From: Acidimicrobiia bacterium
Lineage (GTDB): Bacteria > Actinomycetota > Acidimicrobiia > Spongiisociales > Spongiisociaceae
Length of the DNA stretch: 64,000 nt
Assembly (NCBI GenBank): GCA_041576165.1
Contig: JBFGLM010000020.1
Span: 16,949-80,948, forward strand
Direction: 5' to 3'
A program made the position numbers and the translations under genes. Positions 10,504-19,997 of this stretch are shown in pieces. Positions within the stretch are counted from its first letter, which is position 1; each line of letters starts with the position of its first letter. The notes below the pieces were generated by a model. The model was not told the DNA's origin. It saw only the letters and a program-made list of their open reading frames with translations, and did not search any database.

Positions 10504-10824
10504 TTGTACTCCTACGTGCTCGCCGACACGATCGGCGCCCGGGTGGGCGAAGACCTCTATGAGGAGCTCGGGCCAGGGTCGCTGCTCTGCAAGCCGCGCA
10601 AAGTGCCACACACCTTCTGGAACCCCACCGAGGAGGAGGCGCGGCTGCTGGAAATCATCGGCCCGCCGGGCCTCGACCGGTTCTTGACCGAACTCGGGCC
10701 GGTCGTGGCCGGCGAGACCGACTTCGACGCCATCGGTCGTCTCACGGATCGCCACGGCCTCACGTTCCCGACCGAGTGGATCGAGGACCTCCAGAACCGG
10801 CACGGCGTCACTCTGGCGGGGTGA
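10504..10824 (+). pseudogene. N-terminally truncated cupin-domain gene
   Basis: SYVL...IGARVG...LGPGSLLCKPRKVPHTFWN...ARLLEII is the second half of a cupin; motif-1 histidines and a credible start are missing. Confidence 0.5.
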
Positions 10825-10878
10825 AGTCCCTCCCGGAGGGGCAAACCGACAGACGGTGGCGAGGTTCGCCGCGCCGAT

Positions 10879-11394
10879 TCAAACCGGCTCGGCTACCTCG
10901 TCCTGCGCCTCGGCGGGTTGCACCCGACGCACTTGCAGGTACTCGTCCACCCCGTACACGCGCTGGGACCGCAGGTCCTTGGGCCGGATGTAAGGCTCCG
11001 CTACTGAGCTGGGGACGAATTCTGGATGGTCCACCAGGAACGTTTCCCCTTCGTTGATGAGGGTGGCGGACCCCTCTGCCATCACGTTCTTGAGCCAATC
11101 CGCCCTGTGCCCGTACGGGAGCGGGATGACGAACCCGTCTTCGGTTGCCCGGGCCTGCACCGGGGTCTCGTAGGCGGTACCAGACTTGCGGCCGTGATGT
11201 TTGATCACCGATGCATACGCTCCCGGCTGCCCCGCGGTCTTCATCTGCTCCGGATTCACCACGTCTCGCGCCATACGGCGGAGGGCGTTCTGCAGCGGCG
11301 GGCATTTCTTGCGCATCGCCACAGTGAACACAGCCCATATCGCGGCGAGTGCGAGGAACAAACCGGTGGCGTACTTGACGACTCGCGTCAACAC
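10879..11394 (-). CDS. deazaflavin(F420)-dependent nitroreductase (DDN)-family protein
   Basis: HHGRKSGTAYETPV...LPYGHRADWLKNV motif. Confidence 0.8.
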   Translation of the reverse strand: MLTRVVKYATGLFLALAAIWAVFTVAMRKKCPPLQNALRRMARDVVNPEQMKTAGQPGAYASVIKHHGRKSGTAYETPVQARATEDGFVIPLPYGHRADWLKNVMAEGSATLINEGETFLVDHPEFVPSSVAEPYIRPKDLRSQRVYGVDEYLQVRRVQPAEAQDEVAEPV

Positions 11395-11541
11395 GCGACC
11401 TCCTTAGAAGGATCTCCCCTCCAGGTTGATGCTTTCGTTGACGGCCGGGCAGAGGCAGACGGCCCCTTCTCGCGAAAGCTCTCGGACGTCGAATCTGATC
11501 TCTGGCTCGAGACGTCCCGACGCCGCCCGGTGCCCCGCCGG

Positions 11542-12354
11542 CTACGACACCATGAAGTCCCGCACTATCGACGCAACCAGGGCCGGGTCCGTCTGGTGGG
11601 CGATGTGGGCGTGGCCGTCGAGGACGTGGAGTCGTGACCCAGGGATCGCCGCGGCCGCCCGCTCGGTCGCCGCGTGCTGCTCCGTCGGGCTGTCCGATCC
11701 GGCCAGCAGCAGCGTTGGGGCGGTGATTCCGTCAAACTGGCCGGGTTCATAGACCCAGCCGGCCTCGGCCTGGAGCTCCCGCGGCACGGTGTGGACGATC
11801 CCGAGCCGGGTCAGCCATTCGGGGCTGGAGCGGATAGCTTCGACCTCCTCGTCGGTCATCTCCACCAGCCCGACCAGCAACGCCACCAGTGCACCTTCTC
11901 GGTCACCCGCGGCAAGCGCCGCGTCTATCGCCTCGACAGAGCCGGCCGGGTACGTGTAACCCAGGCCCGGCTCGTACAGCACCAGGTGGTGGATGTTGGT
12001 GGTGCGAGTGGCGCCGCCCATCGCGCAGTCGGCCCCATAGGAATGACCCCATAGCGCCACCGGTCCCCCCGTTCGGTCCGCCACCGCATCCACCACGGCG
12101 GCCACGTCGTCGAACTCGCGCTCAATCGAGTAGCTCGGGGCGTCCTCGCTGGCGCCGCGGCCTCGCCGGTCGACGATGTAGGTGGTCACGCGGTCGCGCA
12201 GCTCCTTCAGCAGCGGACCGTATGTTGTGTGGTCGCTAGTGGCCCCGTGGAACATCACGAGCGGCGGTCCTGAGCCTTCGACCCATACTGCGATCGACGT
12301 TCCGTCCGACGACCGCACCGTGAAGTTGGTCGATCGGATCGTTTGCCTGTTCAT
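11542..12354 (-). CDS. alpha/beta hydrolase
   Basis: FHGA oxyanion segment, DRRGRG, GHSYG nucleophile elbow, C-terminal GHAH; ATG 12354 after GGAGG. Confidence 0.85.
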   Translation of the reverse strand: MNRQTIRSTNFTVRSSDGTSIAVWVEGSGPPLVMFHGATSDHTTYGPLLKELRDRVTTYIVDRRGRGASEDAPSYSIEREFDDVAAVVDAVADRTGGPVALWGHSYGADCAMGGATRTTNIHHLVLYEPGLGYTYPAGSVEAIDAALAAGDREGALVALLVGLVEMTDEEVEAIRSSPEWLTRLGIVHTVPRELQAEAGWVYEPGQFDGITAPTLLLAGSDSPTEQHAATERAAAAIPGSRLHVLDGHAHIAHQTDPALVASIVRDFMVS

Positions 12355-12780
12355 CGATGCCTCCAATTCGCCAGCCGTGGTGCCTGTTGGCTCGGGACGG
12401 ATGCACGGCTCGAGCTGGGCCCCGGGGCGCTGTCGGGGCTGCGGTTGGGCCGGCGAGCGGGCGTCGAGACCTGGGTCGCAGAGCCAGGTGTCCCTGCGCT
12501 CGGGTGGGGCCGCCGCTGCATAGGCGAGCAGGCCCGAGAGGAAACACGGGCGAATGGGTGCCGGCCGCAATCGGGCGGCGGATTGCTGGTTGCCGAGGGC
12601 CGTGCTTTTCGAGGACGAAGATCGAGGGCTCGCGACGTGCCCCCGCAGCAGCATGCACCAGCCAAACCGTCCACACGGCTCCCCCTGAGCGGCTCTCAAG
12701 AGAGCTGATTCACCGACCTCAGGCAAACATACGCCCCGGCTACCGGGCCAACAAGCCGCCAAATGTTGGGCTACAGGGTC

Positions 12781-12831
12781 TCTTCCCCCACTGTGGGGAA
12801 GGGTTCGCCGACGAAAGGAGCCGGAAGGGGA
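12781..12831. repeat. REP-like palindromic element, related to copies at 25.6-25.8 kb
   Basis: TTCCCCCACTGTGGGGAAGGG...GACGAAAGGAGCCGGAAGGGG resembles CTCCCCCTGCGGGGGAGG...GACGATGAGGAGCCG...GAGGGGG. Confidence 0.4.
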
Positions 12832-12854
12832 GCGCGCCACTGCGCCACGTGGAT

Positions 12855-13400
12855 TCAGAGACGGTTATCGAGCTGGGTCATGAACGGAGTAGTGCCAAGC
12901 TCGGTCCAGATCTCTCGCGCTCGCCCGGCCGCGAACGCCCGGTCGGGGTGTCCGGGCGGCAGCAGGATGGCCAGCTCGCCGAGCCAGTCGGCCGTGTCAG
13001 GAATCAGCCCGGCCTGCTCCAGCGCAGCAGCCGCTGTCGGCGTAGCACCTGCTACGTCGCCGGACGCCAGGGCTGCGGTCCCCGGACGGTCTTGACCCAG
13101 GAGGCGGTCCGGGGGTCGAGGGAGGGCCGCTGGTCCAGGGTTCGCGGTACCTCCGCGACCACCTCCCAGTCCCGGGCGCGGACGGCGGCCAGCCCGATCC
13201 GCGGGTATTCATAGCCGGGCCAGAACGAATCGGCCGCTTGCGCATGCTCCAACGCTGCTTCGTGCTCGCCACCAGCAGTGGACGCCACCATCAATGCACA
13301 GTGCAGATACCAGCGATCTTGATACGACTCGGAGCCCGGTGCGACCGACATTGCGACGGAGCGGCGCGCCGGCCGCAGGACCGGACTCGGTTGATGGGGC
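12855..13400 (-). pseudogene. frameshifted remnant of a helical/TPR-like C-terminus
   Basis: EHEAALEHAQAADSFWPGYEY...WVKTVRG continues after a shift in a G-run near 13080 as TAALASGDVAGA...AREIWTELGTTPFMTQLDNRL-stop; no intact 5' part. Confidence 0.4.
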
Positions 13401-13566
13401 ACCGACGTGCCAGTTTCCAGTCGCTCTGAACGAACCGCCCGCGCCTGGTCGTTGCCCAGTCGCGAAGCTCGGAGGTGGGTGCCACGCCGGGGGCGTACCG
13501 AACCGGGCAGCGGGCCGGCCGACATCGTCCCCCCTCGAATCCGCTGCCGAGTGCGGGCTGGCCCTA

Positions 13567-14376
13567 TCAGCCGCTGTCCCGGGCCTGCCAGGCTTCGGCT
13601 AGTTCGGGTAGGTAACGGAGCAGGTGTGCCGAGCAGGTTGCGCCAGTGGAATCGGGCCCCCAGCACGCAGCGACCATCTCATCGAGGTGGTATTCCTGCA
13701 TGTAGTCGTCGACGAAATCCACGACTTCCAGGTTCTGTGGTTCGTAGTCGAAGAAGTGCACGATCTGGCCGTCGCGCACCGCGTACGACGCGTGGAAGGG
13801 CACCGCGCCGACGCCCAAGCCGTCCAGGATCACGTCTTCGTAGCGCCCGTCACATTCGACGATCGAGCCGCCGGACCGTTCATGCGTCTGCTCGGTTGTA
13901 CGGCACGTGATGTCGGTGTGGCGCACATTGATCGCCTCGTGGACGGTGAACTGGTCCATGATCGCCGCACGTCCCGATTCGCTCGTGATGGAGTTGCCGA
14001 GAGTGAGAGTGGCGTCATCAGCGATCAGTGCCCAATATCGACCCTCGTCGTGGCCGCTGGCAGCAATGAAGGCAGCGGCCGCCTCGTCGGGTCCCAGAGA
14101 ATCAGTATCAACCACGTTGGATCCGCCGACTGGCACCAGGATCGCCACGATCGCAACGATCAACGCCGCGACCGCAGCCATGACGAGCGGCACCTTCCAA
14201 TTCCCGTGCTTGGTGTCCGGGGTTATCAAACGGCGGGGTTGGTCGTCGGTTCTGTGCGTGCCCATTTCTTCTCCCTTCAAGTCGGGCGCCCCTCCGGCGC
14301 CCGCCGGATGCTGTGACCGTGACACGGGCACGGGATTGGACGCTTGCAGTTGATCGAAGGCGAGTTCAATGTCCAT
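13567..14376 (-). CDS. single-TM protein with extracytoplasmic NTF2/SnoaL-like domain, putative anti-sigma partner
   Basis: Start overlaps the ECF sigma stop; LQASNPVP N-terminus, TM helix, LIADDATLT...YAVRDGQIVH. Confidence 0.6.
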   Translation of the reverse strand: MDIELAFDQLQASNPVPVSRSQHPAGAGGAPDLKGEEMGTHRTDDQPRRLITPDTKHGNWKVPLVMAAVAALIVAIVAILVPVGGSNVVDTDSLGPDEAAAAFIAASGHDEGRYWALIADDATLTLGNSITSESGRAAIMDQFTVHEAINVRHTDITCRTTEQTHERSGGSIVECDGRYEDVILDGLGVGAVPFHASYAVRDGQIVHFFDYEPQNLEVVDFVDDYMQEYHLDEMVAACWGPDSTGATCSAHLLRYLPELAEAWQARDSG

Positions 14377-14902
14377 GACGCCCTCCCGCGCGGGACGACT
14401 CAATTGAGGCGAGCGCACCTGCGAACCGTTTCTTGGCCCGATGCAGTCGCTGGCCGGCGGCCGCCTCTGAAATGCCGAGCGCCGTTGCGATCTCCGCGGC
14501 CGAGAGCTCCTCCCATGCCGCCAGGCGGAGGATTTCCCGATCGGACGGCCGCAGCGTTTCCAGCGCCGCCAGCGCTGCCGCGTCCTGCGCCCGCCGCACC
14601 GTCACCTCCTCGGGTGGAGCCGGGTCGGAAGGAGCCAGGCCGGCAATCTTGCCGACCAGCCGCCGCTGTCGATACCGCGACCGCCAGCGGTTGGTGACCA
14701 CCCGGTAGGCGACGCCGTACAGCCAGGGGAGCGGCCGATCCCAATCGATCTCCTCGGCCCGCCTCCAGGCGATGGCGAACACGTCGGCGGCGGCGTCGTC
14801 TGCGTCGGACGGCCCGACCCGGCGGATGCAGTACGCCAGCACCTGTTGATGGTGCCGCTGATACACCGCCGTGAGGCGATCGGCATCTTGCTCGGTTCGC
14901 AC
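14366..14902 (-). CDS. ECF-type sigma-70 factor
   Basis: Region 2 (VLAYCIRR...ADDAAADVF...WLYGVAYRV) and region 4 (LRPSDREILRL...EIATALGIS...RLHRAKKR). Confidence 0.9.
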   Translation of the reverse strand: MRTEQDADRLTAVYQRHHQQVLAYCIRRVGPSDADDAAADVFAIAWRRAEEIDWDRPLPWLYGVAYRVVTNRWRSRYRQRRLVGKIAGLAPSDPAPPEEVTVRRAQDAAALAALETLRPSDREILRLAAWEELSAAEIATALGISEAAAGQRLHRAKKRFAGALASIESSRAGGRHGH

Positions 14903-15123
14903 CTCGCGCTCCGGTTGCCTGACCAGGCGTAGTTGTCCGGATGTCCTTCAATCTTGACACGTCGAGACATCCCGCGGCAGCTGCATTGGCGATGGTGAGC
15001 GCCCCCGGCTCGGACGGCGAGAAACAAGCACCCGGGCTCTTGTGGGAGGCGTAGTATTCGTAGGTTGCACGGGAGGTCCGAGGGTGTCTTCCCGCCTCCC
15101 GGTGTGCGGAGAGGAGCAGCACG

Positions 15124-15516
15124 ATGGCCCATCCCCACTACGACCTCTTGCAAGGCCTAGACGAGGCGTTCAACGCCGGCGACTTCGACGCCGTTCTCAA
15201 TCTGCTCACGGACGACTTCACGATCCACATTGCTGGCCGCAGCAAGATGGCCGGCGATCACACCGGCAAGGAGATGTTCGCCGGTCTGATCGGTCAGTAC
15301 ATCGAAGTGCTGGGCCCTGAGCCGCAGATGGAGACCCACGCCATCCTGGCCGATGACGAACACGGCATCATGCTGCAACGGGTCCGGGCCACCAAGGCAG
15401 GGCACAGCGCCGATATACGGACTGTGAACATCTTCCACTTCGACGGCGGGAAGCTCTCTGAGATGTGGAGCTGGGACGAAGACCCGTACCTGGCCGACGC
15501 GTTCTACGACTCCTGA
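15124..15516 (+). CDS. SnoaL-like / NTF2-family protein
   Basis: AFNAGDFDAVLNLLTDD...AGDHTGK...FHFDGGKLSEMW; GAGGAG RBS. Confidence 0.85.
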   Translation: MAHPHYDLLQGLDEAFNAGDFDAVLNLLTDDFTIHIAGRSKMAGDHTGKEMFAGLIGQYIEVLGPEPQMETHAILADDEHGIMLQRVRATKAGHSADIRTVNIFHFDGGKLSEMWSWDEDPYLADAFYDS

Positions 15517-15739
15517 TCGTTCCGCCGCCCGCTGCTGGGGTGAGCTGATCCTTTGAGTCGGGCGGCCCGTCGCCGCCCGACCCTGCCGCACGCTGAGTCA
15601 GACGATGACGGCCGGGCGGTGAGCGGTCGCCGGCGGTTCGATCTCAGGGTTGTCAGGGTGTGGCCGGGGTGACCCCCAATAGTCGGCCGCGTCATCGGCC
15701 GTGCATGCTGATGACAAGAGTCCGAAAAGGGAGTCACCC

Positions 15740-16090
15740 ATGACCACCGAAGTCCCGCAAACCCGGGAATCGCACCACTGGGCGGTCGGCGCCCATCTGT
15801 CGGCGCTCGTCGCCCTGTTCGGCATTCCGTCGCTGCTCGGCCCTTTGGCAGTGCTGCTGTTGCGTAGGGGCGACCCGTACGTCGAAGCCCAGGCCAAAGA
15901 GGCTTTGAACTTCAACATCTCATTCCTGATCTACGGCCTCGTGGCCGCCGTGTCGGTGCTGCTCCTTGTGGGCTTCATCGCGCTGCCGCTCGTCATCGTG
16001 ACCTGGTTCGTGCTCGTGATCGTGGCGGCTGCGGCGGCGTCCCGAGGCGAGGACTACGAGTACCCGTTCACGATCCGGTTCATCAACTGA
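15740..16090 (+). CDS. DUF4870 membrane protein
   Basis: WAVGAHLS...GPL...AKEALNFNIS...GEDYEYPFTIRF. Confidence 0.85.
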   Translation: MTTEVPQTRESHHWAVGAHLSALVALFGIPSLLGPLAVLLLRRGDPYVEAQAKEALNFNISFLIYGLVAAVSVLLLVGFIALPLVIVTWFVLVIVAAAAASRGEDYEYPFTIRFIN

Positions 16091-16308
16091 TCGGGGGCGC
16101 ACGGCGCCGGTTCTGCCCGGGATCGGTGCGGCGACGTCGGATCGGGCGGCCATCATCTCCGCGCCTAGACCACCGGTGGGCCCCGTGTCCTTGACGTGAA
16201 CGTCTCCGCGTCTGGCTGGCCGTGGATGTCCGGCAGCGTGCTGGTGGAGATGCGGCCACCTATTGCGGCGATTGCGAGCCGCTGCCGTCAGGTCGTAGGG
16301 TGCCGCGT

Positions 16309-17016
16309 ATGGATCATGCGCACGTGTACGAAGCCGGTCGGGAGCGGATCGCCGCCCTTCTTGCCGGCGCTCCGGATGGGGCCGCTCGCTCGGTCCCGGC
16401 CTGCCCGGGCTGGACGGTCAAGGACGTGGTTGCCCATCTTGCCGGGCTGGCGGGCGACTGGCGGGCCGGCAACCTGGCCGGTTACGGCGGCGAAGAATGG
16501 ACGGCTGTCCACGTCACGGCCCGCCATGATGACGACATCGAAGGCATCATGGCCGAGTGGTCAGATCATGCCGCGGCGATGGCTCCTGCCCTCGCCGATC
16601 CAGAGGCGGCCGGGCTACCCAATTACATGCCGATGATCGTGATCACCGATCTGGCCGCCCACGAACACGACATCCGAGGTGCCTTGGAGCGGCCCGGCGC
16701 GCAGGACTCTGAAGCAGTGCACATCGGCCTTGCCTCGCAGATCGGCGGACTCCGGCTGCATTTCGCTCGCCTCGGCTTGCCGCCGCTCGGGGTCGAAGCG
16801 GTTGGTCTGCGCGACTGGATGGTGGGCCGTGGCGACCCGGTGGCTACGGTCCGGGGTGACGGCTTCGACCTGTTCCGGGCCACCGGCGGGCGGCGCACCA
16901 TCGGCCAGGTCAGGCAGCTCGATTGGGAAGGCGAATCCGAGCAGTTCATCGAGAATTTGCTGCAACCACCGTACAGCTGGCCCGAGGTTGATTTTGAGCG
17001 GGCGAGCCGTCCGTGA
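16309..17016 (+). CDS. mycothiol-dependent maleylpyruvate isomerase (MDMPI/DinB)-family protein
   Basis: VPACPGWTVKDVVAHLAG and HEHDIRGAL motifs. Confidence 0.85.
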   Translation: MDHAHVYEAGRERIAALLAGAPDGAARSVPACPGWTVKDVVAHLAGLAGDWRAGNLAGYGGEEWTAVHVTARHDDDIEGIMAEWSDHAAAMAPALADPEAAGLPNYMPMIVITDLAAHEHDIRGALERPGAQDSEAVHIGLASQIGGLRLHFARLGLPPLGVEAVGLRDWMVGRGDPVATVRGDGFDLFRATGGRRTIGQVRQLDWEGESEQFIENLLQPPYSWPEVDFERASRP

Positions 17017-17085
17017 GCTGCGCAACCAGCGTCCTCTTTGAGCATGCGCACCGCCCGGCGGTGCGGTGAGAGCCGTGTCTGCCTA

Positions 17086-18471
17086 CTACCCGGCGGCGGT
17101 GTTGATGAAGCGCGGCACCTTGCCGGTCGCCGGATCTCGTTCCAGCACGTCGACCTCTGTGGCCGTGACGCGGGCGGTGGCTCCGGCCGCGGCGAGCGCG
17201 GCGGTGACGTCGCTCTCGACGCGTGTGATGTCGGCAGGTCCGCTGGTGACCAGCGCCAGCTCGATCTGACTGCCGGTCGGGACCGCGGTCACGCGAGCCT
17301 GATACTCGCTGATGGTCTGGTGGCGCAGCAGGGCTGACCGGACAGTGAGCGGGTGGACGGTGATGCCGTCGATGGTGAGGAGTTCGTCGTTGCGGCCGTT
17401 GACGGTGGCGCGCTGATGGCCGTGCTCAGATGCGGGCGGGAGCTCGGTCATCGAGTCGTCCATGCGGTAGCGGATCAGGGGCTGAGCGTGACTTGTGAGG
17501 TTGGTGACCAGCACGTGGTGGGCAATGGTGCCGGCCGGAACGGGCTCGTCGTCGGCGTCGACGAACTCGATGATGGCCCGGTCGCTAGCGAACGTGAACT
17601 CGTCGCTGCCGGGCGGTGCCGTCCCGGTGAGCCCCTCGGTCGATCCGTATGAGTTGCCCGGCCGGATGCCGAATCCGGCCACCATCCGCTCAACGTGGTC
17701 CGGCAGCAGCTGCTCAGCAGTGGTCAGCATCATCTTCGGTTCGATCTTCAACAGGTTGGCCGTCGCTGCATCGCCCAGGCGAGCCAGCACCGAGGGATAC
17801 CCGACCAACACCGCGGGGCGGGCGCGGTTGAGTCGTGCGACGATCTCCTCGAAGTGCAGCGTGACCGGGGCGTACGTGATCGTCGCTATGGACGACAGCA
17901 CGCGGGTCATTGAACGAGTGGCATGGACCGCGCTCGGTGCCATGACCATGGCAACAGGGATCGGGAATGGAGGCGGCCAGCCCGTCGTCGCCGTGACTTG
18001 AGCCATACCCGCCCGGAGAACCGCTGCAGTGAAGTCGGCTATCCCCTCGTGAGATAGTACAAACACGCCACGAGTGCCGGAACTGCCGCCGGACGCGAGC
18101 GTGATGTAGTGGTCGAGCAGCAGTTCGGGTTCTTCACCGACGCCGGCCAGGTGGCGTTCCACCAGCCCCCGGGTGAGGCGGCGATCGGTGAAGACATCGT
18201 CGAGCTCGGTCATCATGTCCTGCTTGGTCATAACCGGCAGCTCCGCCAGGCGATCGAGAGTGAAACCCTCGGCATTGATCTTCGCCAGCCGGCGCCGGTG
18301 GAACGGCGACCAACTGGAAGCGGTGCGCACCAAGTTCGCGAGCGCGGTGTCTTGGTGTGCTCGCAGCCGCCAGCTGTCCCAGCTCAGGCGTTCCACGTGC
18401 TGGGGCATGACGGTCACGAATTGGGCTGCAGCTTGCTCGATCCAGGTCGCAGACGCGGTGCGGGGGCTCAT
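17086..18471 (-). CDS. phenylacetate-CoA ligase / F390 synthetase-like adenylate-forming enzyme
   Basis: LPVMTKQD, SGGSSG P-loop, YGSTEG, PLIRYRMDD, GR, TGK near C-terminus; ATGA overlap with the TetR gene. Confidence 0.85.
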   Translation of the reverse strand: MSPRTASATWIEQAAAQFVTVMPQHVERLSWDSWRLRAHQDTALANLVRTASSWSPFHRRRLAKINAEGFTLDRLAELPVMTKQDMMTELDDVFTDRRLTRGLVERHLAGVGEEPELLLDHYITLASGGSSGTRGVFVLSHEGIADFTAAVLRAGMAQVTATTGWPPPFPIPVAMVMAPSAVHATRSMTRVLSSIATITYAPVTLHFEEIVARLNRARPAVLVGYPSVLARLGDAATANLLKIEPKMMLTTAEQLLPDHVERMVAGFGIRPGNSYGSTEGLTGTAPPGSDEFTFASDRAIIEFVDADDEPVPAGTIAHHVLVTNLTSHAQPLIRYRMDDSMTELPPASEHGHQRATVNGRNDELLTIDGITVHPLTVRSALLRHQTISEYQARVTAVPTGSQIELALVTSGPADITRVESDVTAALAAAGATARVTATEVDVLERDPATGKVPRFINTAAG

Positions 18472-19076
18472 CTGGCGACTCCTTCGGTCGTGGCCGATTG
18501 GGCCAGCTCGGCGATGGTGCGGACGAACTCGTCGACGTCGACGTCGACGACGGCTAGGTGCTCGATCACGAGACCGGTATTCACGGCCAGCAGAGCGACG
18601 GCGAGTTCGCGAGCCGGGCGGTCACTGGGCCGGCCCAACCTTTCGAACAAGTGCGTTAGCGTCGCGGCCACCTTGGCGATGGTGCGCTCGTGCATAGCCC
18701 GGTAACGGTCGTTCAATTCTGGACGGCGCCAGGCATGGATACGGAACTCGGTCAGTGCCGCCTGCCACGCAGGGCTGCGCACCGAGACCGAGAACGCATC
18801 GCGCATCACGTCCTCCACCCGTCCGTCCTCGAGCGAGTCGATCAACCGGTCTGTCGCGCGCTGGCGATCCTCGATGCTGACTTCCAGGACCGCCAGCATC
18901 AGGTCGTCCTTACTCCCGAACTGGGAGTAGATAGCGCCCTTGGAGAAGCCGGCTTCCTCGGCAATAGCGTCGACGCTGGCGCCGTGATAGCCCAACCGCT
19001 CGAAGTGCTGCCGGGCCGAGGCCAGGATCTTCTCGCGGTTCGCCCGAGACTGCTCCGCGCGGCTGAGGCGTGTCAT
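18468..19076 (-). CDS. TetR-family transcriptional regulator
   Basis: GYHGASVDAIAEEAGFSKGAIYSQFGSKDDL HTH. Confidence 0.92.
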   Translation of the reverse strand: MTRLSRAEQSRANREKILASARQHFERLGYHGASVDAIAEEAGFSKGAIYSQFGSKDDLMLAVLEVSIEDRQRATDRLIDSLEDGRVEDVMRDAFSVSVRSPAWQAALTEFRIHAWRRPELNDRYRAMHERTIAKVAATLTHLFERLGRPSDRPARELAVALLAVNTGLVIEHLAVVDVDVDEFVRTIAELAQSATTEGVAR

Positions 19077-19114
19077 ACCAGTAGTATTAAAATACTATTA
19101 GTATTAGAAGTCAA
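19075..19114 (-). promoter_or_regulatory. putative leaderless promoter with two palindromic TetR operators
   Basis: Minus strand TTGACT-17nt-TTTAAT ending about 10 nt before the ATG; palindromes AATACT-ATT-AGTATT (19091-19105) and ATAC-CAGTA-GTAT (19075-19087) in an AT-rich patch. Confidence 0.65.
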
Positions 19115-19139
19115 GCGGTATCTCCGTAACCGTATCCAA

Positions 19140-19218
19140 GCTGTGGCTGTGGCTGTGGCTGTGGCTGTGGCTGTGGCTGTGGCTGTGGCTGTGGCTGTGG
19201 CTGTGGCTGGGGCTGGGG
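19140..19218. repeat. hexanucleotide microsatellite (GCTGTG)11 plus two GCTGGG units
   Basis: Directly visible intergenic tandem repeat. Confidence 0.95.
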
Positions 19219-19223
19219 TGGCG

Positions 19224-19877
19224 CTACCCGAGGCGGGGCGGAATCTGCCGCTCGCCGTGGGCGTCGAGGTACCACGACGGTGCCGTCATATCACCGCGCC
19301 AGGCGAACAATGCCAGCAAAGCCCGGTTGCCGGTGCGGATGGCATGCACGGCGTTGCTGGGGTGAAGCGAGTAGGTGCCGGGCGGTACTGCTCGGAAGCC
19401 GGTCCCGCCCACTGCGAACTCGGCGTAGCCGGCCAGCGGCAGATAGATCTCGACGGCCGGGTGGGCATGAGGCGGGTACAAGGTGTTGGGTCCCAACACG
19501 AACGCGCCGAGGATCACGCGGTCGGAGTACACCGGTCCGTGGGGTCCGACTATCTCGCCATTGGCGAATTCGTTGAGGAACGGCCGAGTCCAGTCGTCTT
19601 CCGCGTAGAAGCGCGTCCAGTAGGCGGCGCCAACAAGCGGCGCAAGCGCTTCGGCCAGATCGCGGCACCGGTCGTCGCGAGCCTCGGCCAGCATCGCCCC
19701 GATATGACGAAGGCCGGGCGGCGCCTCGCTGACCACTGGTCGCGCCGAACCACGCGCATCCCGGATGAGCCGCCCGAGGATGGCTAATTCTCGGCCGAGT
19801 GCGCCTCCGACGGCAGCGTCTGCTTCCAGCCGGCCGCCGACGTTCGAGAGGAAGTGTTTGGTGCGCTCGTCGCTCAT
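19224..19877 (-). CDS. dimethylsulfoniopropionate-lyase-family cupin (DddQ/DddL-like)
   Basis: EIVGPHG...LGPNTLYPPHAHPAVEIYLPLAG...HPSNAVHAIRTG...LLALFAWRG. Confidence 0.75.
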   Translation of the reverse strand: MSDERTKHFLSNVGGRLEADAAVGGALGRELAILGRLIRDARGSARPVVSEAPPGLRHIGAMLAEARDDRCRDLAEALAPLVGAAYWTRFYAEDDWTRPFLNEFANGEIVGPHGPVYSDRVILGAFVLGPNTLYPPHAHPAVEIYLPLAGYAEFAVGGTGFRAVPPGTYSLHPSNAVHAIRTGNRALLALFAWRGDMTAPSWYLDAHGERQIPPRLG

Positions 19878-19997
19878 ACCGTTTCTGGCAGCCTCACAGG
19901 TATCAACCCTGCGTGAGTCGCAACGTTCCCGAATGAGCCGGAAGCCCCTGTTCGACTGTGTACCGAACCCCTACGGTCGTGGTGTTGGAGGTCATCT

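Noticed and set aside
12354-12840. 160-aa N-terminal extension of the alpha/beta hydrolase ORF
   Set aside because: Low-complexity Arg/Pro-rich sequence; good RBS at the internal ATG 12354.
18690-19787. 365-aa plus-strand ORF containing (VA)n
   Set aside because: Antisense to TetR and the cupin; the VA run is just the microsatellite translated.
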